A stretch of DNA of 24,228 nt, taken from a virus. Its lineage: Duplodnaviria; Caudoviricetes. A program made the position numbers and the translations under genes. Below the pieces are notes generated by a model. That model was not told the origin of the DNA and searched no databases. It saw only the letters and a list, made by a program, of their open reading frames with translations. Positions 7,831 through 15,620 of the stretch are shown one piece after another; within the stretch, counting starts at the first letter, position 1, and each line of letters opens with the position of its first letter. Where the stretch lies: positions 1 to 24,228 of the IMG/VR virus record IMGVR_UViG_3300042934_000182. One strand, written 5' to 3'.

Positions 7831-8022
7831 TTATCTCACCCCCTCTCGTTGTCTGATATTGATTTCAATCGCTTGCCTGTGACCGTCCATGACAGACACA
7901 TGCACACGACTATCGCTAAACAGAGTTTGTATCCTCGCTAGCTTTAAGGCTCGGTCGGCGGCTTCATAAAATGTGTCAAACCGTTTCTTGTCCCCGCTAA
8001 TATGGTCAATCACCTTGTACAT
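7831..8022 (-). CDS. Hypothetical phage protein (MYKVIDHISG...)
   Basis: GGGGAGGGG RBS before ATG 8022. Confidence 0.65.
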   Translation of the reverse strand: MYKVIDHISGDKKRFDTFYEAADRALKLARIQTLFSDSRVHVSVMDGHRQAIEINIRQREGVR

Positions 8023-8152
8023 CGCAGCCCCTCCCCACTTCATTCAGCTGACATAGGCGGTCATACTCGGCTAAGTAGCGCCGGTATGTTTCGTGATTCA
8101 TCATCCATGACAAGTCGTCGATCAGGTCGTGTGCCTTTTCGGCGTCAGTCAT
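8006..8152 (-). CDS. Small protein, 48 aa (MTDAEKAHDLIDDLSWMMNHETYRRYLAEYDRLCQL...); not in the ORF track
   Basis: GGAGG RBS, ATGA overlap with the upstream stop, fills the gap. Confidence 0.6.
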   Translation of the reverse strand: MTDAEKAHDLIDDLSWMMNHETYRRYLAEYDRLCQLNEVGRGCDVQGD

Positions 8153-8373
8153 TGCAACGCCTCCAATCGTGCGCAAATTTCCATTTCCCAGTCGTAATCC
8201 TCTACGTTATGGGCGATTAAAGATAGGCTTTCTAAGTCGATTTGCTTCTGCATTTTGTTGTTTAGGTACTGGTAGGATTCCTTGAGTTCGCCCACTTCTG
8301 ACTTGCTGAGTGGCTGCCGGTTGATAATCTTGCTGACCAATTCAAGCAGCCGTCGCTGTACCGGGCAGATCAT
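8149..8373 (-). CDS. Conserved-type Bacillales phage small protein (DUF7667-like)
   Basis: PVQRRLLEL...LESLSLIA...DYDW..EICAR pattern; AAGGAGG RBS. Confidence 0.6.
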   Translation of the reverse strand: MICPVQRRLLELVSKIINRQPLSKSEVGELKESYQYLNNKMQKQIDLESLSLIAHNVEDYDWEMEICARLEALQ

Positions 8374-8376
8374 GTG

Positions 8377-8562
8377 TTAGGCCTCCTTTCCGTCAATCCA
8401 GGCATCAATGCGGTCGGTATCAAATAGAATGATTTGCGGTGTCGGCCGGGTATGCGGAATGCGATTCATTCGTACGAGTCGGTAGACGGTTGACTTGCTA
8501 AGTTTTAATGGCGTTGTCTTGAGATACTCTGTTGCCGCCTGGACACCGATAAGTTTGCTCAT
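8377..8562 (-). CDS. xis: Excisionase-like HTH (HTH_17) protein
   Basis: A.EYL...SKSTVYRLV....IPH.R.....LF....IDAWI. Confidence 0.75.
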   Translation of the reverse strand: MSKLIGVQAATEYLKTTPLKLSKSTVYRLVRMNRIPHTRPTPQIILFDTDRIDAWIDGKEA

Positions 8563-9338
8563 GCGACTTCAACTCCGTTAGCAATCGCAAATTCCTTAAC
8601 AACCGCGAGGTAAATTTCAATTAGTCGTTTGTCGTCGCCAATTACATCAACTTTGGATAGCCGATCGCGCTTCGACTTGCTAACTCCTTCATCCGCCATT
8701 CTCCGACGCTTATTTGTTAGCCGAATCGATAGTTGGAATCCGCCGCGACGTTCGACTTCCGCATAGATTTCGCTTCTTACCGATTTGTAGGCTTCGTTAC
8801 CGCCGCGATTTCGTGCAATATCATTAATCAGCTTGTTGGCATCCTTCCGCCAATCCACCGAGTTGAGCGCTACGATTTCGGATATGCCATCAACCCGGTG
8901 TTCGAGTTGCTTGGTTGCCAATTCTTGCTGTGCGAGCGACTTGAACAATCCATTGAACATTTGCAGTTCAGGGCTTAATTGTGTCGTGTCAAGCTGTTTA
9001 TCCGGGTTAAAATAGCTTTCCTCCAAACTGTCGAATTGTTCCCATGCCTTATCTGTGCCAAGCAATTTGCAATGACGGCTGGCGCCCCGGCGAGTCCACA
9101 GGTATAGGATTCTAGCGTTTTTTCCAACAAGGTCGATATTATCTACCCTGTCCTTAAAGTCGTGTAGTTCTTCCCCCTCGAGTAGAACGTAATGCTTACC
9201 TTCAACAAAATTAGATTTGTTGTTATTAAAATTCTGCTTAATTTGAGTCGGCGATGCTTCATACGCTTCCGCAAGTTGCTCTGTAGTTAAGACTCGCTGA
9301 TTTTGATAATCGACGGCTTTCAAATCGTTATTCGACAT
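8559..9338 (-). CDS. ORF6N-domain antirepressor-like protein
   Basis: QRVLTTEQLAEAY...NF..N...F.EGKHY..LEGEEL...LYLWT.RGA.RH.K.L.TD.AW. Start at ATG 9338 after GGGGG. Confidence 0.85.
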   Translation of the reverse strand: MSNNDLKAVDYQNQRVLTTEQLAEAYEASPTQIKQNFNNNKSNFVEGKHYVLLEGEELHDFKDRVDNIDLVGKNARILYLWTRRGASRHCKLLGTDKAWEQFDSLEESYFNPDKQLDTTQLSPELQMFNGLFKSLAQQELATKQLEHRVDGISEIVALNSVDWRKDANKLINDIARNRGGNEAYKSVRSEIYAEVERRGGFQLSIRLTNKRRRMADEGVSKSKRDRLSKVDVIGDDKRLIEIYLAVVKEFAIANGVEVA

Positions 9339-9624
9339 CCGCATTAACCCCCGTTTCTTCAAATATTTCACCGCTTAGAGATTCTAGTTCTCCTTGTGCC
9401 CAGTGAATAATAAATTCAAGGTAACCAGCACGGTCGACTGTTCGTTCTCGCTTTTCTCCTCCCAATTCTTCAACAAGCACATAACTTTCTTTTTTAGCGC
9501 TTAATTCTTTATCGAGGTCAACGATAAGTGATTCGATACGGTTCATAATGTGTTTTGCAGATTTGATTGATAAAGGAACTTGAAGCTTTTCTACGTCGAA
9601 TCCTTTTAAATCATCGTTTGTCAT
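9328..9624 (-). CDS. Hypothetical protein between cro and the antirepressor
   Basis: AGGAGGTG RBS. Confidence 0.7.
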   Translation of the reverse strand: MTNDDLKGFDVEKLQVPLSIKSAKHIMNRIESLIVDLDKELSAKKESYVLVEELGGEKRERTVDRAGYLEFIIHWAQGELESLSGEIFEETGVNADVE

Positions 9625-9626
9625 TT

Positions 9627-9872
9627 TTAACTCACCTCCTGTTCTTCTTGTTCCCGTTTGGGAATTTTTTGAGTAAAAAAAACATGAATTTCCGATGTGT
9701 TCATGCCGAGATAGCTTGTAGCTTTCGCAAAATCATCAACGGAGAGTCTCAAAACTCCGTTTTCTTTTTTAGAGTAAGTGCTTTTCGCCATTCCGAGCGC
9801 CAACGCCATCTGTTCTTGTGACTTTCCCCGCGCGATTCGTTCAGCTTTCAAGCGGTTAAAATTAAAATCCAT
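9627..9872 (-). CDS. cro: Cro-like XRE HTH regulator
   Basis: RLKAERIARGKSQEQMALALGMAKSTYSKKENG; first gene divergent from cI. Confidence 0.85.
   Translation of the reverse strand: MDFNFNRLKAERIARGKSQEQMALALGMAKSTYSKKENGVLRLSVDDFAKATSYLGMNTSEIHVFFTQKIPKREQEEQEVS
9650..9665. promoter_or_regulatory. Putative distal repressor operator GTTCCCGTTTGGGAAT inside the cro 3' end
   Basis: Palindrome TTCCC-N4-GGGAA; resembles the sites at 9915 and 9954. Confidence 0.55.
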
Positions 9873-9899
9873 TGTGTTCGACCTCCCTTCGATGGGTCA

Positions 9900-9929
9900 A
9901 TCATATCATCGCATGTTCCCGTATGTCAA
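9900..9929 (-). promoter_or_regulatory. Lytic (cro) sigmaA promoter
   Basis: TTGACA-18 nt-TATGAT with TG extension. Confidence 0.75.
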
Positions 9930-9930
9930 C
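9915..9930. promoter_or_regulatory. Putative operator GTTCCCGTATGTCAAC overlapping the lytic -35
   Basis: Shares GTTCCCGT with the distal site. Confidence 0.55.
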
Positions 9931-9953
9931 TATTAAATAAATTTGAATTAAAT

Positions 9954-9983
9954 GTTTCCATTATGGAATATTCGTGGTATAAT
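9954..9983 (+). promoter_or_regulatory. Lysogenic (cI-int) promoter with an overlapping operator GTTTCCATTATGGAAT
   Basis: TTTCCA-17 nt-TATAAT with TG extension; AAAGGAGG RBS downstream. Confidence 0.7.
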
Positions 9984-10011
9984 ATTCTTATCCTAAAGGA
10001 GGCATTAAAAA

Positions 10012-10659
10012 GTGAGAAATAGTAAAGAAGTGATAGCTGAAATAAAAAGGCTAAGAAATAAAAGAAAAATTTCACTCGAAGAACTAGCTAGCAAAGTAGG
10101 ATTAGCCAAATCAACCCTTTCAAGATATGAAAACGGTTCTCGAGATTTTCCAGTGAATGATATTAATAAGTTTGCTGAAGCACTTAATGTATCTGTTTTT
10201 TATTTATTAGGCATACCAGAGTGGGAAGAATCAATCAGAGGAACATCAATACCATATTATGACTCGATTTCTGCTGGCGTAGCTGTTGAAATTGAAGGAA
10301 TGGTAAATAAGCAAATTGCGACTGTTGAAATTCCTAATCGTTTGTTGGGGAAATATTCTAATTGTAACAATTTATTTATGATGAAAGTAAATGGAGAAAG
10401 CATGAATAAAATTATACCTAATGAATCGTATATAATTGCGAAACAAGATGAAACCTTTCAGGATGGAGACATTGTTATTTTTTCACATGACGGTGATTAC
10501 GCTTTAAAAAGATATTTGCCAAACGCAATTGATAACTCAATTTTATTTAAAGCCGAAACATCAGATGCAAGAATAAAGGATATTGTAATACCGATTAATT
10601 CTGAATTGGAAACAAAGATTTACGGAAAGGTAATATGGTATTCAGTAGCGCTCCCCTGA
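10012..10659 (+). CDS. cI: CI-like repressor, XRE HTH + S24 (LexA-type) peptidase
   Basis: N-terminal HTH, Ala-Gly cleavage site ISAG, catalytic Ser in GESM and Lys in ALKR. Confidence 0.93.
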   Translation: MRNSKEVIAEIKRLRNKRKISLEELASKVGLAKSTLSRYENGSRDFPVNDINKFAEALNVSVFYLLGIPEWEESIRGTSIPYYDSISAGVAVEIEGMVNKQIATVEIPNRLLGKYSNCNNLFMMKVNGESMNKIIPNESYIIAKQDETFQDGDIVIFSHDGDYALKRYLPNAIDNSILFKAETSDARIKDIVIPINSELETKIYGKVIWYSVALP

Positions 10660-10714
10660 ATACCTTTTTTAAGCTTATACATATTAATCCACCATTGAAA
10701 GGAGGTGATAACAT

Positions 10715-11890
10715 ATGGCATCTTATCATTTTCTCACGCCGACTAAGGTTAAACTGTATGCAGAGTTTGGCTATCGCGACGATGGCACGAGAGCGCGCAA
10801 GACTAAGACAGTGACCATTAAGACCCCGAACAGTGAGCGAGCCGCACAGAGGGCGTTAGACGCTTTTATAGTAAGTGCATCCGAGGAAAAAGAACCTGCA
10901 AAGGCAATCACGTTTAAACGCTTCGTCGAGGACTGGCTCAATCTCCATGTAAGTAAGCTCCACTACAACACGAGGAAAGCCTATAAAGATTGTCTTCGGC
11001 TTGGCATTATGGATTACTTCGGTAACCGTCAACTCGCGTCTATTCGTCCGCTTCATATTTTAAAATTTTTTAAGCAGGAGGAAGAAGCAGGGAAAGGAAA
11101 TATCGAAACAAAGCACACCACTTTATGTAGCCTGTTTTCGTGTGCAGTAAAATGGGAAGTTATAGAAAACAGCCCTATGGATAAAGTTGACAGCAAAGAC
11201 ATTCCCAAAGCAACGCCTAAAAAGCGCCCGAGAAAAGCGTACACGGGCGCTGAATTAGCAGAAGCAATGATGCGGATCAATCGAGCAAAGAAAATGCGTC
11301 CTAAGTCAAAAATTGCTTTTAAACTTGCGGGACTGGTTGGGCTACGTGTTTCCGAAATTGCCGGGCTAAGGGAAGAAGTGTTAGATTTTAAAAACAACTC
11401 AATTATTATTGACCGTCAGCTTATTTGGAATCAAGAAGAACAGCGGTTTATGATGGCGCCGCCAAAAAGCCGCCGGTCACGAACCGTCTATGTACCCGAT
11501 AAATTCATGCAAGGCGAATTGCGAAAGTATGTCTTACGTCATAAGAAAATACGCATCGCTTGTGATTCTGCATGGTATGAATTTATTGACCCTGATTTTT
11601 CCCCCGAACCAGTCAATTTGATTTTCACAACAAATAGTGGCAGACCAACCTTTCCGGGGCAAATCAGCCATAATTGGCTTGCTTTTGTCCGCCGTGAAGG
11701 GTTACCTGAACTTAATTTCCACGGATTAAGGCATAGCTGCCTATCCTACCAAATGAATCATGGTGCGCCAGTAATGGATGTGCAGGAGCAAGCTGGTCAT
11801 ACTACGGCGGCTATCACAACTGGAATCTATGGGCACACAGAAAATGAGAGACGGCAAGCAACAGCAAACATCATGAACAATATTTTCTAG
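10715..11890 (+). CDS. int: Tyrosine integrase
   Basis: GLRVSEI, PKS, HGLRHS, GHT and terminal Y (GIYGH); N-terminal arm-binding and SAM-like regions. Confidence 0.96.
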   Translation: MASYHFLTPTKVKLYAEFGYRDDGTRARKTKTVTIKTPNSERAAQRALDAFIVSASEEKEPAKAITFKRFVEDWLNLHVSKLHYNTRKAYKDCLRLGIMDYFGNRQLASIRPLHILKFFKQEEEAGKGNIETKHTTLCSLFSCAVKWEVIENSPMDKVDSKDIPKATPKKRPRKAYTGAELAEAMMRINRAKKMRPKSKIAFKLAGLVGLRVSEIAGLREEVLDFKNNSIIIDRQLIWNQEEQRFMMAPPKSRRSRTVYVPDKFMQGELRKYVLRHKKIRIACDSAWYEFIDPDFSPEPVNLIFTTNSGRPTFPGQISHNWLAFVRREGLPELNFHGLRHSCLSYQMNHGAPVMDVQEQAGHTTAAITTGIYGHTENERRQATANIMNNIF

Positions 11891-12141
11891 TCACTTTTTG
11901 GTCACTTTTAATAATTCGAATCGATTTATAGCCTGAAAAAGCCTATATGACGGGGCTTGAATTAAACCCGCCAATATGATCAAAGTATCAAAATTAAGAG
12001 TAAACAAAATTCTACGCAGATTAAAAATGTTTAAAAATGCTTTAGTATCGCACTTGTTGCGATGAGTTGTCAGAAAATAAAATTGAATAGTGGTCAACAA
12101 CTTTTATGTTTTTTTAACGCTTGGTCACTTTTTAGTCACTC
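11888..12141. other. Putative attP with arm-type repeats
   Basis: Tandem T(A/G)GTCACTTTT pairs at 11888-11909 and 12122-12141 flanking an AT-rich noncoding stretch right after int. Confidence 0.75.
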
Positions 12142-12157
12142 AAAGGAGATGGTAAAT

Positions 12158-12331
12158 ATGAAAGTGGCGGTAGAAATAATGATTGAAGAAAACAATGTCA
12201 AGCTGAAGTACTTAAGGGAATACGAACAAGATTATCGACATCATTTTAGTAAACGCGAACGCGCTCTTTATTATGCGATCGAGCATGAAATAGCTTACCT
12301 TGAAAAAGAAAATAAAGAGCTCACTAAATAA
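12158..12331 (+). CDS. Small helical protein (57 aa)
   Basis: AAAGGAG RBS before ATG 12158; followed by a terminator. Confidence 0.6.
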   Translation: MKVAVEIMIEENNVKLKYLREYEQDYRHHFSKRERALYYAIEHEIAYLEKENKELTK

Positions 12332-12342
12332 TATTTTATTTC

Positions 12343-12368
12343 ATCCCACTCAAGCAGTGGGATTTTTT
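12343..12368 (+). terminator. Intrinsic terminator
   Basis: ATCCCACT-caagc-AGTGGGAT followed by a T tract. Confidence 0.75.
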
Positions 12369-12402
12369 GTATAATTAAGGAAAAAAGTAGGGGACTATTT
12401 AC

Positions 12403-12942
12403 ATGAACAAAAAACGATGGGTTATCTCGCTCGCAGCTTTCGCAATCATTTTAGCAATAGCAACACCTTTTAGTGTAAAAGCCTATCAGGATCATCGAGA
12501 GACGGTGCGTATAAATGACCAATTCGATGAGGCATTCTCAAAGGTGATCGGCTACTCTTTACTCGCCGGAAGGCAAGCCGATTTAATCGGGTTAGAGTAT
12601 GACGATATACTAACTAATTCAGATGCCGATGGCGCGGCATTAGAAACCTTAATCGATCAAAAACAATCAAAACTTATTGCGACTGGTAAATACGATAAAG
12701 CGAATGAATATTTTATTAAGCTTGCTCCGGCATACAATACGTTTAAACAAAAATCCACGAGGGGAATCAACTACGGAAAAGAAAAAAAGGAAGCGGCAAA
12801 ATCATTTTATGATACTGTTTCAAAGTTCTATTCGCTCGTAAACAATCCAAAGCCTAATTTTGATTACGCTTTAAAAATAAATGAATACCAAAAAGCATAT
12901 TTTAGCGACCTTGATAAATGCATAAAATTGCAAAAGAAATAA
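12403..12942 (+). CDS. Membrane-anchored or secreted helical protein (lysogenic conversion cassette)
   Basis: MNKKR + hydrophobic segment, possible VKA signal peptidase site. Confidence 0.8.
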   Translation: MNKKRWVISLAAFAIILAIATPFSVKAYQDHRETVRINDQFDEAFSKVIGYSLLAGRQADLIGLEYDDILTNSDADGAALETLIDQKQSKLIATGKYDKANEYFIKLAPAYNTFKQKSTRGINYGKEKKEAAKSFYDTVSKFYSLVNNPKPNFDYALKINEYQKAYFSDLDKCIKLQKK

Positions 12943-12958
12943 CTAGGAGGATCAACCA

Positions 12959-13552
12959 ATGAACAAGAAACTAGCAATCATTCTAGGCAGTATAATTGGT
13001 GTTATCGTACTCGCCGTCATCATTATCTTCGGTGCTAACCAGGTACAACAGATGCAGGAGCACAACGCCGAAGTAGCGGCTAAGGAAAAGACGGCAGCGC
13101 TCGACAAAAAGAAAGAAAAGACGTTTAATAAAACCTTGCCTTACTTTGTTAAGTTTGCTCAAGAAGTTGGAGTAAACGCCGAAGATATTGGCGGCAAATA
13201 CCATGATGTATGGCTGGATACAATTGACAAAGGAAAAGTAGAAATAGCTGGTAAAACTTATACCGATTTTAATGATTCTTTAGCCGCCCAAGGTGAAGTA
13301 TTCGACAAGAAAGGAGACATCACGACACTAACCGCCCTGTATGACCAAACCAAAAAATATTTTAGCACCCTAACAAAAAATCAGACAAAAAAGAACGCAA
13401 ATAAATATGACACTACTGAAAAACTGTTTAACACACTAGATAAATTTTACAGCCTAACTACTTCGCCAACGGGTAGCTTCAGCTCCTTCAGCGAAGAATA
13501 TAATAAACTGGATAGTGATTTAGCAAGCCAATTGCGGGTTCTGCAAAAATAA
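12959..13552 (+). CDS. N-terminally anchored extracellular helical protein, paralogue of 12403..12942
   Basis: MNKK + TM helix, AGGAGG RBS, shared KFYSL..(N/S)P motif. Confidence 0.8.
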   Translation: MNKKLAIILGSIIGVIVLAVIIIFGANQVQQMQEHNAEVAAKEKTAALDKKKEKTFNKTLPYFVKFAQEVGVNAEDIGGKYHDVWLDTIDKGKVEIAGKTYTDFNDSLAAQGEVFDKKGDITTLTALYDQTKKYFSTLTKNQTKKNANKYDTTEKLFNTLDKFYSLTTSPTGSFSSFSEEYNKLDSDLASQLRVLQK

Positions 13553-13692
13553 CAAAAACCACACCAGTTAACCGCTTACACCCTCCCAAAACTCTCCACC
13601 ACTTGTAACCGTTATTTTTGCTAAAAGTGCGATTTGCACGATCAACCGATACTATGGATAATATGGTTGTGGAGAGGAAATTAACATAGATG

Positions 13693-13727
13693 ATGCCCGT
13701 CCACTACCCCAATGGACGGGCATTTTT
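13693..13727 (+). terminator. Intrinsic terminator of the plus-strand cassette
   Basis: Perfect 11-bp stem ATGCCCGTCCA/TGGACGGGCAT followed by TTTT. Confidence 0.8.
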
Positions 13728-13733
13728 ATGCAT

Positions 13734-13762
13734 AAAAAAAGAGCGTCCAATTAAGGGCGCTC
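13734..13762 (-). terminator. Late-operon terminator after the holin
   Basis: GAGCGCCC-TTAATT-GGACGCTC followed by T7 on the minus strand. Confidence 0.75.
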
Positions 13763-13780
13763 CTGGTATGAATCATTATG

Positions 13781-14059
13781 TTATTTCTTCGGTTCTTCGT
13801 ATGTCAGCGCCTGCTCACTGTCGCCCACGCCCACGGTTGTGGGGTCGTGGACGATGCCGAGAGATGACAGCGCCCCGAATACCACGGTGATTGCATTTAG
13901 CGTTACGCTCGTCACTTGGGCGCTGTCAAACTTCACCGCCCATAATCCTGCCACGTTGCCGAAGTTGACGACAGCGGCCGCCACAGCGATTCCTGCGGTA
14001 GCAACGGCAGTTACAGTTACCTTATTCTGTAAACGTAATTTCCAATTGATTTTTGCCAT
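13781..14059 (-). CDS. Holin (phiLC3/Phage_holin_1-like)
   Basis: INWKLRLQNK, two TM segments, LGIVHDPTT.GVGDS..AL.Y.EP. Confidence 0.9.
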   Translation of the reverse strand: MAKINWKLRLQNKVTVTAVATAGIAVAAAVVNFGNVAGLWAVKFDSAQVTSVTLNAITVVFGALSSLGIVHDPTTVGVGDSEQALTYEEPKK

Positions 14060-14073
14060 TGATGATTCCCCCA

Positions 14074-14769
14074 TTAAAATAATTTTGACCATGTCTGTTT
14101 TCCAACGATTCCGTCTGCTGACAGCCCGTGCCGCATTTGATAGGCTTGCACCGCCTTTTTCGTCGCCGGGCCAAAGATACCGTCTGCCTTTACATTTACC
14201 GCGTTTTGGACACGCTGAACGTCCTTGCCCTTGCTACCGACCTTAATCAAGTGACCTGGATACTTCACGATTGACTTACTGGACGCAGCCTTTTTCTTTG
14301 CCGGTGCAGCCTTCACAGACTTCTTAATAGTGGCAGGAGCTTTCTCGCCACCGACAGCGTCATAAAGCTCAAAATGTGGATTGTCCTTGAAGCTTCTCCA
14401 GTCACCGCCCCACTTAAAGCCCTCTGCCTTCATCGCCGTGACAACGGACTTAAATTTGCCTTCCGTCGTCCAAATGGTTGATGCACCATCATCCGTGTAC
14501 AAGCACAGATCGACCGCAACGCCGAAATTGTGATTACTCTGACCACCTTTTGCGTTGGTGACAATCTTTCCCGACTTGCTTCGGCCAAGTGCATACAGAG
14601 CATCTTGGTCAGCCTTGGAACGGTACCCCTGTGCCACGCAGATGTAGATGCCTTCTTTAGCGAGTTTTTTGATTACGGCACGTGTTTTGTTCGCGACGTC
14701 TGCGCGTAGTCCATTAACATCTAATTTGCGGTTTGCTTTGCTGATTAACCAATCAACTGATAAAGTCAT
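14074..14769 (-). CDS. Endolysin: M15 L-Ala-D-Glu peptidase (Ply500/CwlK-like) + peptidoglycan-binding domain
   Basis: QGYRS..Q..LYA.GR, SNHNFGVAVD, WGGDW...D.PHFE, DGIFGPATKKAV..YQ...GL.ADGIVG..TW. Confidence 0.93.
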   Translation of the reverse strand: MTLSVDWLISKANRKLDVNGLRADVANKTRAVIKKLAKEGIYICVAQGYRSKADQDALYALGRSKSGKIVTNAKGGQSNHNFGVAVDLCLYTDDGASTIWTTEGKFKSVVTAMKAEGFKWGGDWRSFKDNPHFELYDAVGGEKAPATIKKSVKAAPAKKKAASSKSIVKYPGHLIKVGSKGKDVQRVQNAVNVKADGIFGPATKKAVQAYQMRHGLSADGIVGKQTWSKLF

Positions 14770-14781
14770 TTAAATCCCTCC

Positions 14782-15045
14782 TTATTTGCTGTAACGACCG
14801 TTGCTAAATTTCTTGTACGCGTCAAGGTAATATTCTTGCTTGTCACCGTTATAGGTCACTTCATAGTACATGCCGTCGGGAAGGTTTGTACTAAGTAGTG
14901 CTTTAGCATTCTGTAGAGTTTTAGCAAACCAAACGACATAAACATCTTCTGGTTTAACTGAAACCGAGTCTGCTTTATCAATATGCTGATTTGTGTACTC
15001 AGCAACCAGTTCCTTTGCTCTGGAAACGAAATTGAAATCATACAT
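14782..15045 (-). CDS. DUF6275-like protein
   Basis: VYVVWF.KTLQNAKALLST...DGMYYEVTYNGDK.E.YLDAYKK; GGAGG RBS before ATG 15045. Confidence 0.8.
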   Translation of the reverse strand: MYDFNFVSRAKELVAEYTNQHIDKADSVSVKPEDVYVVWFAKTLQNAKALLSTNLPDGMYYEVTYNGDKQEYYLDAYKKFSNGRYSK

Positions 15046-15071
15046 AGTAAATCCCTCCAATAAAATAGCGC

Positions 15072-15335
15072 CTACCGTGGTAAGCGCTCAAAAAGTGTTT
15101 TAATTCGTTCCTCGTGTCGTGCATCATGATCCTCAATCTTGTCCACCCTGCCCTCAAGCTTTCCCAGACGCTTATCGGTATCTTCCCTAATGCCACGTAT
15201 AGTCTCATTAAGCGCATCTATGCTCGCCCTTAATGGATCAATTGCCGTTTTTTTAAACAGCCATACGACCGCGCCGCAGAGCGTGGCAAGAATACCAATA
15301 AGTGCCGCTATGTCCTCTATTGTTGGATACTGCAT
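15072..15335 (-). CDS. Single-TM + coiled-coil lysis-associated protein (XhlA-like or second holin)
   Basis: N-terminal TM helix, coiled coil, position upstream of the endolysin. Confidence 0.6.
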   Translation of the reverse strand: MQYPTIEDIAALIGILATLCGAVVWLFKKTAIDPLRASIDALNETIRGIREDTDKRLGKLEGRVDKIEDHDARHEERIKTLFERLPR

Positions 15336-15350
15336 CCCCTCACCGCCCTA

Positions 15351-15620
15351 TTATTCTGCTGTTGCTGGATAAGTCGCCTTGAGATCCGCTGCAATGTCGG
15401 TCAGGCTGTCTGCCGATTTATTTCCCAACACGTTGGTAAGCTTAGCTGCGTCGAAGCCCGTTGCGTCCAGCTCGTCTTTTGTAAGACGGATCGTGTTAGT
15501 TGTAGAAGAATACTTACCATCGTTTTGAAAAGAAATGGTTGTGCTAACGTCAGCGCCGGTGACTGTGCCTTGTGCGTCTTTTACCAGATTGATGTTTTGA
15601 AAATTAATAGTTGCTGTCAT
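15351..15620 (-). CDS. Hypothetical late protein (MTATINFQNINL...)
   Basis: GAGGAGG RBS before ATG 15620. Confidence 0.7.
   Translation of the reverse strand: MTATINFQNINLVKDAQGTVTGADVSTTISFQNDGKYSSTTNTIRLTKDELDATGFDAAKLTNVLGNKSADSLTDIAADLKATYPATAE

Noticed and set aside
11891-12100. 69-aa minus-strand ORF and a 29-codon plus-strand ORF (MIKVSKLR...) in the att region
   Set aside because: No RBS; region is better explained as attP, and no host gene fragment could be recognised
11888-12141. CRISPR-like or iteron array
   Set aside because: Only short 11-bp tandem pairs without spacers; position fits integrase arm sites
10012-13552. Arbitrium (aimR/aimP) or ImmA/ImmR control
   Set aside because: No TPR receptor, peptide gene or HExxH metalloprotease seen; the repressor has its own S24 autocleavage domain
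13553-13690. Retron msr/msd or tRNA
   Set aside because: No reverse transcriptase nearby and no cloverleaf or T-loop motif
13690-14246. Plus-strand ORFs of 66 and 135 aa
   Set aside because: The first runs through a strong terminator; both overlap the holin or endolysin antisense
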